Shown in pieces: positions 17,375 through 27,791 of a stretch of DNA of 55,580 nt. The DNA is taken from the NCBI GenBank assembly GCA_034722055.1, contig JAYENL010000308.1, positions 1-55,580 of the forward strand, in the 5' to 3' direction. Positions within the stretch are counted from its first letter, which is position 1. Each line of letters opens with the position of its first letter. The notes beneath the pieces were generated by a model. That model saw nothing but the letters and a program-made list of their open reading frames with translations. It made no database searches and was not told where the DNA came from. Both the position numbers and the translations under genes were made by a program. This DNA is from Armatimonadota bacterium. GTDB taxonomy: Bacteria > Armatimonadota > Zipacnadia > Zipacnadales > UBA5352.

Positions 17375-19108
17375 TCAGCCTTCCAGCTTCTCCTTCAGCG
17401 CTCCGAGTTCGGACGGGATCACGATTGGGGCCTGGGTCTCTGCGATGACCTCCTCGTCCTCGAGGCGCAACTGGATCTGCCGCTGCCAGTCCGGATCGTT
17501 GACAGCGTCGCAGTCCGCGCGGTAGTGCGTCCCGCGGCTCTCCTCTCGCATCCGGGCGGGGAGCGCCACGCACCGGCCGAGCAACGCCATGTTGCGCGCC
17601 TCGGCGCGGCGGCGCAGCGGCCCCGCGGCGTCCGTCAGGCGCTGCTCCGCGCGGGCGCTGGCGGCCAAGGCGTCGCTAAGGCTCTGTTCGGTTCGCACCA
17701 CTGACGCGCCCCTCCACATCTCCCATGCCAGGTCTCCGAGTATCTCCTCGACGTCATCGCCCGCGCCGGACTCGCCGAGATCGGCCAGTCCCCTCTTCGC
17801 CGCCTCCCGCGCGAGCTGCGCGTCGGCCGCATGGTCCACCTTCGCAGCCGAGGCGCCCGCGCGGCGGCCGAAGACCTGGGCGTCGGCAAGCGCATTGCCG
17901 CCCGGCCGGTCAGCGCCGTGCTGGCCACCGGCGTTCTCGCCGGCCACGCACAGGCCCTCAATGCAGGTTCGCGCCTTCACGTCCATGCGCACGCCGCCGT
18001 TGAAGTGCTGGATGGCGGGGGCGAACTCGATGGCCTCTCGGCGCAGGTCCAGCCCGTGCTCCATGAGGTGCTCGAAGGGCACGGAGGCGTCCTCCTCGAT
18101 GACCGCGTCGGGCTGGTGCGCCAGGCTCATGTAAACGCCGCGATGCTCCGTCCCCCGCCCCTCCTTGATCTCGGTGAAGACCGCCACGTCCACCCACTTG
18201 CTGGCGTTGCGCACCGTGAACGGGTAGGAGACGCCCTTGATATGGATGGCCTCGTCGATGTCAACGCCCTCGGGGATGTAGCGGGGAATGAACTCCTCAC
18301 CGTTGATGTTGGTGATCTCCGGGTTCAGGCGCCAGAAGACGCCGGAGAGCGCGAAGTTGACGGGATGCACGATGCTGGGCCCGATCTGGATGAACTCGAA
18401 GTTGACGAGGGGGCAGCCGGCCCGCAGCGCCATGGCATAGCCGTCGCCGGTGGCACCGTCGGGGAAGACGTTGATGGCGTAGAGCTCGCCGGCTCCGCCG
18501 GCCGCCAGCACCACCGCCGGCGCGGCGACTGCCACCGCCTCATCATCGTGCATGCCTACGCCCCAGGCGCCGTGGACCCGCCCTCCGTCAGTAGCCAGGT
18601 CCACCATCATCGTCCGGGGCAGGAACTCCACCGAGCCCGGACCCTCCTCGTTCGCTTGCCGGCACTGCTGCATGAGGACGTCAACGATGATCGGCCCGGT
18701 GTCGGCCCCGCGGCCGCAGGCACGCGGGTAACGGGCCCCATCGCTGAGGATCTGAACGAACCGCCCGTCCTCGGTCTTGTCGAAGTCACCGCCCCAGTCG
18801 TCAAGCTCCTGGAAGCGACCGGGGGCCTCCTCGGCGATCGTCCGCGCCAGATCCGGCGTGCACAGCAGGCCGCCCTTGACCATGATATCGATCCAGTGCT
18901 CCCGAGGGCTGTCCTCGGGATCGGCGTGCCCGAAGGCGGCGCCAAAGGCCATCCAGTCCGAGGCCGCCGTATAGGTAGTGCCGCACGCGCCGGGGTCCCC
19001 CTTGGTGGCGACCATGACGCGCGCGCCCTCCCCGGCCGCCTCCAGCGCCGCGCGAAGGCCCGCTCCGCCGCTGCCGACGACCAGGACGTCACACTCGTGC
19101 CTCTGCAT
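17375..19108 (-). CDS. FAD-binding oxidoreductase, SdhA/FrdA/NadB superfamily (orphan)
   Basis: Motifs VVGSGGAG, TGDGYAMA, HFNGG, AGE, HGADRPGGN, REESRGTHYRAD. GGAGGG RBS before ATG at 19108. Confidence 0.85.
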   Translation of the reverse strand: MQRHECDVLVVGSGGAGLRAALEAAGEGARVMVATKGDPGACGTTYTAASDWMAFGAAFGHADPEDSPREHWIDIMVKGGLLCTPDLARTIAEEAPGRFQELDDWGGDFDKTEDGRFVQILSDGARYPRACGRGADTGPIIVDVLMQQCRQANEEGPGSVEFLPRTMMVDLATDGGRVHGAWGVGMHDDEAVAVAAPAVVLAAGGAGELYAINVFPDGATGDGYAMALRAGCPLVNFEFIQIGPSIVHPVNFALSGVFWRLNPEITNINGEEFIPRYIPEGVDIDEAIHIKGVSYPFTVRNASKWVDVAVFTEIKEGRGTEHRGVYMSLAHQPDAVIEEDASVPFEHLMEHGLDLRREAIEFAPAIQHFNGGVRMDVKARTCIEGLCVAGENAGGQHGADRPGGNALADAQVFGRRAGASAAKVDHAADAQLAREAAKRGLADLGESGAGDDVEEILGDLAWEMWRGASVVRTEQSLSDALAASARAEQRLTDAAGPLRRRAEARNMALLGRCVALPARMREESRGTHYRADCDAVNDPDWQRQIQLRLEDEEVIAETQAPIVIPSELGALKEKLEG

Positions 19109-19136
19109 CACGGACCCTCCCATCGCCGCGTGCGCA

Positions 19137-19165
19137 GGCAGCCGGGCCGGACCGGCCCGGCTGCC
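19137..19165. repeat. Perfect 14-1-14 inverted repeat in the intercistronic region
   Basis: ggcagccgggccgg-a-ccggcccggctgcc. Confidence 0.8.
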
Positions 19166-19192
19166 CGTGCATGTCGTGTTCGCACCTGGAGC

Positions 19193-20434
19193 TTACCAGC
19201 CCAGTGCGTCAAAGCACATCGGGCCTATCTGGTAGCTGCCGGTCGGCTCGATGCGGCTGAGGGCCTCGTTGTAGACCCCCTCCAGGTAGACGTGCGTCTC
19301 CACGTCGGTGCCGCACGTGGACTTGTCACCGCCGCGGACCAGGTCGGAGCTCGCGTCAAAGTGCTCGTAGCGGGCTTGAGAGCCGGCCACAAGGAAGGCG
19401 GTGTTAACATTGGTCTTGCCGATGAGCCCTTTGGCGACGTCGGCCGAGCCCGTGCCCCCGTGCTGGGCGAAGGGCGCGTAGACGCCGTTACGCTCGATGA
19501 TACGGCGCTGAACGGTCTCCAGCTTGCGCTGGTCGATCTCGTGTGTCTCTCCGGCCTTGGCAGCGTGTTTCATCCCGATGTCATACGCGATGCCCTCGGC
19601 GCCGGTGTAGTCGATGAAAGCGGCAGCGAGCTCGGCGAAGGCATCCAGCTCTGCTTCGCTCAGCTCCTCGTACTCGATCTCGTCGCCGCTCTTGCCGGTG
19701 GCACCCAGCTCTGCCTCCAGCATCATGTCGGTGTTGGCCACGCCGCGCCGCACGGCATCGGCGATATCCCGGGTGATGACGAAGTCCAGCACCGGCGGGA
19801 TGTCCTCGGTGTCGATCATCCCCCAGGCAGGCTCCATGATCTGGACGGTGCCCATGAAGTCGGCCACGAAGGCCTGGTACTCCTCGCTGGAGAGGTAGGC
19901 CTCATACTTGCAGGCCAGCTCCGGCGTAAGGTCCTCAACCTGGTCGGTGAGTCCGTTGTCGTCAATGAAGCTGTAGGCGGCCTCCACCTGGTCCGCGGCG
20001 CCTGTGGGGCAGGCGCGCTGCTTGTACTCCTTGTCGGGGTCGAACTTCGGAACGGCGAAGTGGTCGAGAGACACCGCCACCAGGTCAGCCCCGAAGGCCT
20101 CGGCCTCAGTGGTGATCCACTCGATGTTGGCCTTCGCGCCGTAAAGCGCCGCGTTGCCGTGATATCCCACGCCCTCCGGCATGAAGATCTTGCCGGTGAG
20201 GCCGCCGATCTTGGTGTTGGAGTTGTGCGAGAACTGCACGATGATCGGCGACTGGTCGCCCACTGCCGAGAGCATCACGAAGGCCCGGGTCTCCCACCAG
20301 TTGTTGGAGTTGGCGGCCAGCAGCGTAATGCGCTCACTCGCGGGCTTCAGGTTCAGGTCCTCGTCGAAGGGGCACAGCGTGTCGAAGATCTGGCGTAGCT
20401 CACGTCCTTTGAGAAGCGATCCCATCGTCGTCAT
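19193..20434 (-). CDS. Class II (metal-dependent) ketose-bisphosphate aldolase family protein
   Basis: Motifs SPIIVQFS, SLDH, EAELG, GMKH, QHGGTG, KTNVNT; AGGAGG RBS. Confidence 0.85.
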   Translation of the reverse strand: MTTMGSLLKGRELRQIFDTLCPFDEDLNLKPASERITLLAANSNNWWETRAFVMLSAVGDQSPIIVQFSHNSNTKIGGLTGKIFMPEGVGYHGNAALYGAKANIEWITTEAEAFGADLVAVSLDHFAVPKFDPDKEYKQRACPTGAADQVEAAYSFIDDNGLTDQVEDLTPELACKYEAYLSSEEYQAFVADFMGTVQIMEPAWGMIDTEDIPPVLDFVITRDIADAVRRGVANTDMMLEAELGATGKSGDEIEYEELSEAELDAFAELAAAFIDYTGAEGIAYDIGMKHAAKAGETHEIDQRKLETVQRRIIERNGVYAPFAQHGGTGSADVAKGLIGKTNVNTAFLVAGSQARYEHFDASSDLVRGGDKSTCGTDVETHVYLEGVYNEALSRIEPTGSYQIGPMCFDALGW

Positions 20435-20552
20435 CCACCCTCCTGGGTTGGCTCGTGCTCTGGCTGCGAGATGCAGAAACCACCAGACACGTTCATCTTG
20501 GCGGGCCAGTGCCCGGCCCGCCGACTGCGCTGGCTCAATGGTCAGCCGCGGC

Positions 20553-21626
<1,074 letters not shown>

Positions 21627-21682
21627 TCTCTCATGGAGGAACTCTGTCTGACACGTCAACGCTCCAGACGTCATTATAGATG

Positions 21683-21708
21683 ATTCGCCGCTGACAGGTG
21701 CAGTCCCT
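21683..21708 (-). promoter_or_regulatory. AGG-N18-GAAT promoter-like motif upstream of fbaB
   Basis: Minus strand reads agAGGG-actgcacctgtcagcggc-GAAT, with a TATAAT 4 nt further downstream. Confidence 0.6.
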
Positions 21709-21725
21709 CTTGCGGCCGGCAGCGG

Positions 21726-22667
21726 TCACTGTGGCCCGGTGAGCCCCTCCCACTCCATGGCCTCGAAGCGCACGATCTCCCGCAGCGCCTGATAGCGGCG
21801 TCGCAGCTCGCGGCCGTCGAGCCGCAGGAGGCCCTCGAGGCTGAAGCCCTCCACACAGCCGGAGGCGATCACGGTGCCGAAGGCCACCGCCCGTCGCAAC
21901 TCCCTGTTGCAGCAGTCATCGTGCCGGGCCAGCAGACCGATCATTCCGCCGGCGAAGCTGTCTCCCGCCCCGGTGGGATCGACCACGTTGGGCAGCGGAT
22001 AGGAGGGGATGCTGAAGTAGTCATCATGTGACACAAGCGCCGCGCCATACTCGCCCTTTTTGATTACCACGAACCTGGGGCCCATGTCCAGGACGATCTC
22101 CGCGGCCTGCGCCAGGTTCGGGGTTGCGGCAAGCTGGCGGATCTCGGCGTCGTTGAGCAGCGCCAGGTCAACGTGGGCAAGCACCTGTTGGAGCGCCTCC
22201 GGCTCGTTCTCGATCCAGAAGTTCATGGTGTCACACATCACGAAGCAGGTCTCGTCGAGCTGGTCCAGGACCGCGAGCTGAACCTGGGGCTGAATGTTGG
22301 CGAGGAAGCAGTAGCGGCTGTCGAGGTAGCTGTCAGGCAGCGTGGGGGTCCAGTCAGCGAAGACGTTGAGCTCGGTCGCGAGCGTCTCGCGGCTGTCGAG
22401 ATCGTAGTCGTACTGGCCGCTCCAGAAGAAGCTCTTCGCGTCCTCGATGCGCTCCACACCCATCAGGTCCGAGCCCCTCGCGCGCAGCAGCTCCAACGCT
22501 TCCTCCGGGAAGTCACCACCGATGACGCCCACTACCCGGCTCGGGGCCAGCAGGCTGGCAGCGACGGATGCGTAGACGGCCGCTCCGCCGACCACTCGAT
22601 CAACCGCACCGAATGGCGTCTTGACGCTATCGAGTGCCATAGAACCAACTATGACCATTCCAGCCAT
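21726..22667 (-). CDS. PfkB-family sugar/nucleoside kinase
   Basis: Motifs VGSMALDSVKTP, GGAAVY, DTMNFWI, KKGEYG, DPTGAGDSFAGG. Start moved to ATG at 22667. Confidence 0.9.
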   Translation of the reverse strand: MAGMVIVGSMALDSVKTPFGAVDRVVGGAAVYASVAASLLAPSRVVGVIGGDFPEEALELLRARGSDLMGVERIEDAKSFFWSGQYDYDLDSRETLATELNVFADWTPTLPDSYLDSRYCFLANIQPQVQLAVLDQLDETCFVMCDTMNFWIENEPEALQQVLAHVDLALLNDAEIRQLAATPNLAQAAEIVLDMGPRFVVIKKGEYGAALVSHDDYFSIPSYPLPNVVDPTGAGDSFAGGMIGLLARHDDCCNRELRRAVAFGTVIASGCVEGFSLEGLLRLDGRELRRRYQALREIVRFEAMEWEGLTGPQ

Positions 22668-22699
22668 CGCTGGACCATCCTCGGCGCAGCTACTGGCGA

Positions 22700-24484
22700 C
22701 TACTTCGTGCCCTTGCCGCAATCGGCCTGGCCTGCGGGCACCTCCGTCTTCGATGAGGACAACAGCTTGCGTAGCGTCATCAAAAACAGCTTGGGCAGCG
22801 CCGCCAGCCGTGGCAGCCGCCGCGGCTCGAGGGCGGTGCGGTAGAGCCACTCCAGGCCCCAGCGACGCATCCACAGGGGGGCCCGCTTCACCCTTCCGGC
22901 GATCACGTCAAGGCTGCCGCCCACGCCCATGCAGACGGGGACCTTCAGCTCGTCCATGTGTCGCTTGATCCACTTCTCCTGCTTGGGTATGCCCATGGCG
23001 ACGAAGAGGGCCGCAGGCCGAGCATCGCGGATGTCCGCGACGATCTGCGGCTCCTCCTGAGGCGTAAAGTAGCCGTGATGGGTGTAGACGACCTCCAGGC
23101 CGGGATAGCGCTGCTCCAGCACACGGGCGGCATCGGAGGCCACCCCCGGCGCTGCGCCCAGCAGCGCCACAGGGCGGTGCAGCCTGGCGGCGATCTCGCA
23201 CAGCCGCTCCATCATGTCCACGCCCGGCACCCGGCAGCTCGCCGGGAAGTTCAGCAGCCGCGCGCAGAGCACGACGCCCTGCCCGTCCATCATCGCCAGG
23301 TCCGCCTCGTTGATGATGGTGCGCAGCTCCTCGTCGCTCTGGGCGCGCACCACCGCCGAGGTGTCGCTGGTGACGATCATGTGCGAGCCGCCCTGGCGGA
23401 TGAAGCTCTCGGCACGCTTGAGCGCCTCCTCCATCGACAGAGGATGCAGGCGGACGTTCAGCACCTCCACGGTCTCGGCGCTCCGCTCAACCGGCCGACC
23501 GAGCATCCGCAAGATGACGAAGCACACAAACGGCCCGATGAGAAGCCCCGCCACCAGGACCGTGGCCTTCACCCACGGCGGCTGCGGGATCAGCCGCACC
23601 ATCAGCAGGCCCAGCAGACACATGTAGGCCGACAGGCCCAGCAGCACCCCGACGACCTGCTGCTGGGAGTAGCCTTCTTCGAGCAGCACCTCATGCAGAT
23701 GCTGGCGACGCTGGCCGATGCGCATGCCCCGCAGCCGCGAGATGTAGGTATAGGTGGCGCCGAACAGCGGCACGCTGATGACCAGCAGGGGCAGCAGCGC
23801 CGCGATGGCTGCAGCGTGCTTGAGCGCGCCAACCACCGCCAGGGCGCCGATCAGAAAGCCCATGGCGTAGCTGCTGGGCTCGGCCGACTTCTGCGAGACC
23901 TCGCCGAACCCGAACACCTGCGTCATCGAGACGCCCGCCACACTCAGCGCCAGCAGCTTCGCTGCCGGGCCCACCGCCCACGGGACCATCAGGCAGATGA
24001 GGTAGAAGGTGACGCCGGTGAGGCCCGCCACTCCGAAGGAGACCCTGGGAATGTCCCCGGCCCGGCCGAAGAGCACCGCGCAGACCACCAGCCAGGCCGC
24101 CGTCAGCGGCAGTGACAGCCAGCCGAGCTCGTAGGAGACAGAGGTGAGAGGAATCCGGAACGTCTCGATGCTGACTCCATAGTAATAGACGACTGCGGCG
24201 GCGGCGAGCAGCAGCACCACTCGCAAACCTCGCGGCGTGTGCAGCGCCCTGCGCAGCATGGCCAGCAGGTAGACTGCCGCGGCACCCATCAGCGGAACCA
24301 GTGTATCCTCTGACGTCCCCGCGGCGAGGAAGACGACCAGAGGAACGTAGAGCAGCAGACCGCGGGCGTCAAGGTGTGGTGGAGGGTGGTCCTGCTCGCC
24401 CTCCAGCGCTGCGCGCAGGACGCGCGCCAGTGCCAGCGCACCACCGAAGATGACTGCAAGCAGCAGCAGATCGTTGGTCAGCAT
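22700..24484 (-). CDS. Fusion of a degenerate WecA/TagO-like membrane domain and a WecG/TagA/CpsF (GT26) glycosyltransferase
   Basis: About 11 hydrophobic segments with PLLVISVPLF and HLH, then DGQGVV, RVPGVD, GIPKQEKW, GVGGSLD, RAPLWM, LEWLYR. Confidence 0.85.
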   Translation of the reverse strand: MLTNDLLLLAVIFGGALALARVLRAALEGEQDHPPPHLDARGLLLYVPLVVFLAAGTSEDTLVPLMGAAAVYLLAMLRRALHTPRGLRVVLLLAAAAVVYYYGVSIETFRIPLTSVSYELGWLSLPLTAAWLVVCAVLFGRAGDIPRVSFGVAGLTGVTFYLICLMVPWAVGPAAKLLALSVAGVSMTQVFGFGEVSQKSAEPSSYAMGFLIGALAVVGALKHAAAIAALLPLLVISVPLFGATYTYISRLRGMRIGQRRQHLHEVLLEEGYSQQQVVGVLLGLSAYMCLLGLLMVRLIPQPPWVKATVLVAGLLIGPFVCFVILRMLGRPVERSAETVEVLNVRLHPLSMEEALKRAESFIRQGGSHMIVTSDTSAVVRAQSDEELRTIINEADLAMMDGQGVVLCARLLNFPASCRVPGVDMMERLCEIAARLHRPVALLGAAPGVASDAARVLEQRYPGLEVVYTHHGYFTPQEEPQIVADIRDARPAALFVAMGIPKQEKWIKRHMDELKVPVCMGVGGSLDVIAGRVKRAPLWMRRWGLEWLYRTALEPRRLPRLAALPKLFLMTLRKLLSSSKTEVPAGQADCGKGTK

Positions 24485-24498
24485 TCAGGACCGCGGCC

Positions 24499-25755
24499 TC
24501 AGGTGCCCTGCCTCCAACTGCTGAGGTACTCCTTCTGCTCCGGCGTCAGCTCGTCGATCTCGATGTTCATGGAGGCCAGCTTCAGCTCCGCCACACGCCG
24601 GTCGATGTGCTCGGGAACCGAGTGCACCTCGCGGCGCAGCTTCCCCCCGCTGGTGGCGATGAACTCCGAGCACAGCGACTGGTTGGCGAAGCTCATGTCC
24701 ATGACCGAGGCGGGATGCCCCTCGGCGGCGGCCAGGTTCACCAGCCGGCCCTCGCCCAGAAGGTAGAGGCGCCGGCCGTCCGGCATCTCGAACTCCTCCA
24801 GCGACGGCCGCACCTGCCGCCTGCCCGTGGCCATGCTCCTCAGGTCCTCGAGGTCGATCTCCACGTCGAAGTGCCCGGAGTTGCAGAGGATGGCACCGCT
24901 CTTCATAACCTCCATGTGCTCGCCACGGATGACTGACGTGTTGCCCGTCACCGTCACAAAGATGTCCCCCATGGCGGCCGCCTCGGCCACCGGCAGCACC
25001 TGGTAGCCCTCCAGGAGGGCCTCCAGGGCCCGCAGCTCATCGACCTCGCAGATGGTGACCTTGGCCCCCATGCCGCGCGCCCGCATGGCGACTCCGCGAC
25101 CGCACATGCCGTAGCCGCACACCACCACATTCCTGCCGGCCAGCAGGATGTTCGTGGCGCGGATGATCCCGTCGATGGTGCTCTGGCCGGTGCCGAATCG
25201 GTTGTCGAAGAGGTGCTTGGTCATGGCGTCATTGACCGCGACGATGGGATAGCGCAGCTCGCCCGTGGCCGCCATGCTCCGCAGGCGGATGACGCCTGTG
25301 GTGGTCTCCTCCGTCCCGCCGCGGATGGTATCAATCAGCTCCGTGCGTTCGGAGTGCACCGTGGAGACGAGGTCCGCGCCATCGTCCATGGTGATGGTGG
25401 GCTCGGTGTCCAGGACGGCGTGGACGTGCTGGTAATAGGTGTCGCGGTCCTCGCCGCAGATGGCGAAGACGGGCACCTCGTAGTCCTCTACCAGCGACGC
25501 AGCCACGTCATCCTGGGTGCTGAGGGGATTGGAGGCACACACCGCCACCTCCGCGCCACCCGCCTTGAGCGTGCGCATGAGGTTGGCGGTCTCCGTGGTC
25601 ACGTGCAGGCAGGCCCCCAACCTCTGGCCCTCCAGGGGCCGCTCCTGCACGAAACGCTCCCTGATCTGCGCCAGCACCGGCATCTGCTGGTCGGCCCACT
25701 CGATGCGCAGCTTGCCCTCGGCCGCCAGAGACCTGTCGGCGATGTCGAACTGCAT
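24499..25755 (-). CDS. ahcY: Adenosylhomocysteinase
   Basis: Motifs [60 protein letters not shown]. Confidence 0.97.
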   Translation of the reverse strand: MQFDIADRSLAAEGKLRIEWADQQMPVLAQIRERFVQERPLEGQRLGACLHVTTETANLMRTLKAGGAEVAVCASNPLSTQDDVAASLVEDYEVPVFAICGEDRDTYYQHVHAVLDTEPTITMDDGADLVSTVHSERTELIDTIRGGTEETTTGVIRLRSMAATGELRYPIVAVNDAMTKHLFDNRFGTGQSTIDGIIRATNILLAGRNVVVCGYGMCGRGVAMRARGMGAKVTICEVDELRALEALLEGYQVLPVAEAAAMGDIFVTVTGNTSVIRGEHMEVMKSGAILCNSGHFDVEIDLEDLRSMATGRRQVRPSLEEFEMPDGRRLYLLGEGRLVNLAAAEGHPASVMDMSFANQSLCSEFIATSGGKLRREVHSVPEHIDRRVAELKLASMNIEIDELTPEQKEYLSSWRQGT

Positions 25756-25760
25756 CAGCG

Positions 25761-26825
25761 TCACCCGTTCGTGGCTGTCGCGGGCTGCCACACCTGCAGC
25801 CCGTCGCAGTCGAAGTTGAAGTCAATGCACTGCCCCCCCAAATCCTCCACCTGTCCGCGCACGACGTGCTCCCGGTCGGGGCGGCACAGCAGCGCGATGC
25901 AGCCGCCACCGCCCGCGCCGCACGCCTTGCCGCCCAGCAGGCCCGCCGGCCGCGCCACCGCGAACAGCGCCTCGATCTTGGGCGTGGTCATCTCGTCGTA
26001 GAGGCGCTTCTGGTTCTCCCAGTTGAAGTCCAGCACTTCACCCACGCGCTCCAGATCCTCCCCCCGGATGGCGTCGCGCATCTGGTAGGCCGCGCCCCGG
26101 AGGTTCATCAGGGGCTCGGTCATGGCCTGCTCGTTGCGCTGGTAGGCGCCCATGACGGTGCTGATGATGTCGCCGGAGAGGCGGGATTTCCCCGTGTAGA
26201 CCAGCAGCATCGACTTCTCCAGCTCCAGCAGGAAGTCTCGCGACGGCTCCAGGCGATCCACCGTGACGGCCGGGTCCTCGAAGGTCATGAATGACAGGCC
26301 GCCGCAGGCGGCGGCGTACTGGTCCTGCTTCCCGCCGTCGATGCCCAGCTCGTCCACCTCCAGCAGGTTGGCCATGGCGGCGATGTCCAGCCGCGACATG
26401 TCCCCGCCCTGCATGGCGTCGAGCAGGCCCACCAGGGCCACGCCCATCGATGCGCTGGAGCCTATGCCCGAGCCGGGAGGGGCGTCCGAGCGAGTGATGA
26501 GATGGCCGCCGAAGTCCAGGTCCATGCGGCGAACGGCGGCCTTCAGCAGGTCCAGCGAGCCGTTGTACTCCAGGTCCCGGATGTCCCTGGCGTGGATATA
26601 CTGGTCGTAGTCGGCAGATTCGAGGATGAACTCGCCGGTGTCGTTGGCGAACAGCGTGGCGTAGGAGTAGCGAGTGATGGCGACGTTCACCACTGCCCCG
26701 CCAGCCTCGGTGCTGAAGGGAGGAACGTCGCTCCATCCGCCGGCCAGATCGATGCGCACGGGCGCTCGAGCCCGCTTCGGCTTGTGCGCCCCCTCGGCCA
26801 TCATCTCTGCCCCTCCGCTCGTCAT
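25761..26825 (-). CDS. GHMP-family sugar kinase (HddA / fucokinase-like)
   Basis: Motifs [44 protein letters not shown] overlap with rmlD; alternative start at 26804. Confidence 0.88.
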   Translation of the reverse strand: MTSGGAEMMAEGAHKPKRARAPVRIDLAGGWSDVPPFSTEAGGAVVNVAITRYSYATLFANDTGEFILESADYDQYIHARDIRDLEYNGSLDLLKAAVRRMDLDFGGHLITRSDAPPGSGIGSSASMGVALVGLLDAMQGGDMSRLDIAAMANLLEVDELGIDGGKQDQYAAACGGLSFMTFEDPAVTVDRLEPSRDFLLELEKSMLLVYTGKSRLSGDIISTVMGAYQRNEQAMTEPLMNLRGAAYQMRDAIRGEDLERVGEVLDFNWENQKRLYDEMTTPKIEALFAVARPAGLLGGKACGAGGGGCIALLCRPDREHVVRGQVEDLGGQCIDFNFDCDGLQVWQPATATNG

Positions 26826-27691
26826 TGCTGCCATCTCCTGCGCAGCACCGCGACGTAATCCCGGAGGGCCTCCTGCCACGGCCGCAACGGGGAGAGGCCC
26901 AGCTCATCCAGGCGCTCGCTCGCCAGCACCGCGTTCAGCGGCCGCCGAGTGGGACTCGGCCACTGCTCGCTGGCGATCCCGGTGACCTCCACCCCGTCCA
27001 GTCCGGCCTCCTCCAGCGCCGCACGCGCCAGCTCCAGGCGGCTGCACACTCCCTGATTCACTACGTGCACCACGCCGCGGGCCTCCGTCTGCAGAAGCTG
27101 CCACAGTGCCTCGGCCAGGTCGGGAGCGTAGGTGGGGCAGCCGTGCTCGTTCTCAACCACCCGTAGGGGTCTGCCCTGCCTTGCGGCGTCCAGAATCGCC
27201 TCCACGAAGTTCCTCCCACCGGGGCCGTACAGCCACTGCGTGCGGACGATCAGGTGCGCCGGTAGCTCCGCCGCGGCGCGCTCCCCCGCCAGCTTGCTCT
27301 CGCCGTAGGGGTTTATCGGCGAAGGGGCGTCGGACTCCACGTAGGGGCCATCGGCGCCGGAGAACACGTAGTCGGTGCTCAGATACAGCAGCCGGGCATC
27401 CAGCTCTGCGGCGATCTCCACCACATGCTCAGTGGCCACCGCATTTGCCTGCCAGGCCGCCTCGGGATCGCGAGTGGCACCGTCCACGTCGGTCCAGGCC
27501 GCGCAATGAATGATGATCTCAGGCCCGGCCGACTGCAGCGCCCTGCGAGCCTGCGCGGCCACGGTAAGATCGCCGTCTGCCCTGGTGAGGCAGGCCAGCG
27601 TGACCCACTGCGGGGCGGACCGGCAGACCTCCTGCCCCAGCATGCCCGCGGCGCCGGTCACTGCCACCGTCGTCGGCCCCGCAACTGGCAT
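26822..27691 (-). CDS. rmlD: dTDP-4-dehydrorhamnose reductase
   Basis: Motifs VTGAAGMLG, HCAAWTDVD, STDYVF, YGESK, GCPT, RPLNAVL. Start ATG at 27691. Confidence 0.93.
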   Translation of the reverse strand: MPVAGPTTVAVTGAAGMLGQEVCRSAPQWVTLACLTRADGDLTVAAQARRALQSAGPEIIIHCAAWTDVDGATRDPEAAWQANAVATEHVVEIAAELDARLLYLSTDYVFSGADGPYVESDAPSPINPYGESKLAGERAAAELPAHLIVRTQWLYGPGGRNFVEAILDAARQGRPLRVVENEHGCPTYAPDLAEALWQLLQTEARGVVHVVNQGVCSRLELARAALEEAGLDGVEVTGIASEQWPSPTRRPLNAVLASERLDELGLSPLRPWQEALRDYVAVLRRRWQQ

Positions 27692-27700
27692 CTCGCGGAC

Positions 27701-27729
27701 AGAGTAGCAGTTTGCGGGGCCATTGTCAA
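27701..27729 (-). promoter_or_regulatory. Sigma70-type promoter of the rmlD operon
   Basis: Minus strand reads TTGACA-N17-TACTCT with a TGn extension; ATG is only 9 nt downstream. Confidence 0.7.
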
Positions 27730-27791
27730 CGCGCGAGCGGACCGTGTCACTCTGAGGCCGCGACGCCGCTGAGCGCCTTAGCGAGAGCGGC

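Noticed and set aside
17375..19108. Calling this gene sdhA, frdA or nadB
   Set aside because: Key active-site motifs differ and partner genes are absent.
20493..20517. Additional promoter motif upstream of the class II aldolase (CGGG-N17-GAAC)
   Set aside because: The first block lacks the A and overlaps a hairpin, so it was not counted.
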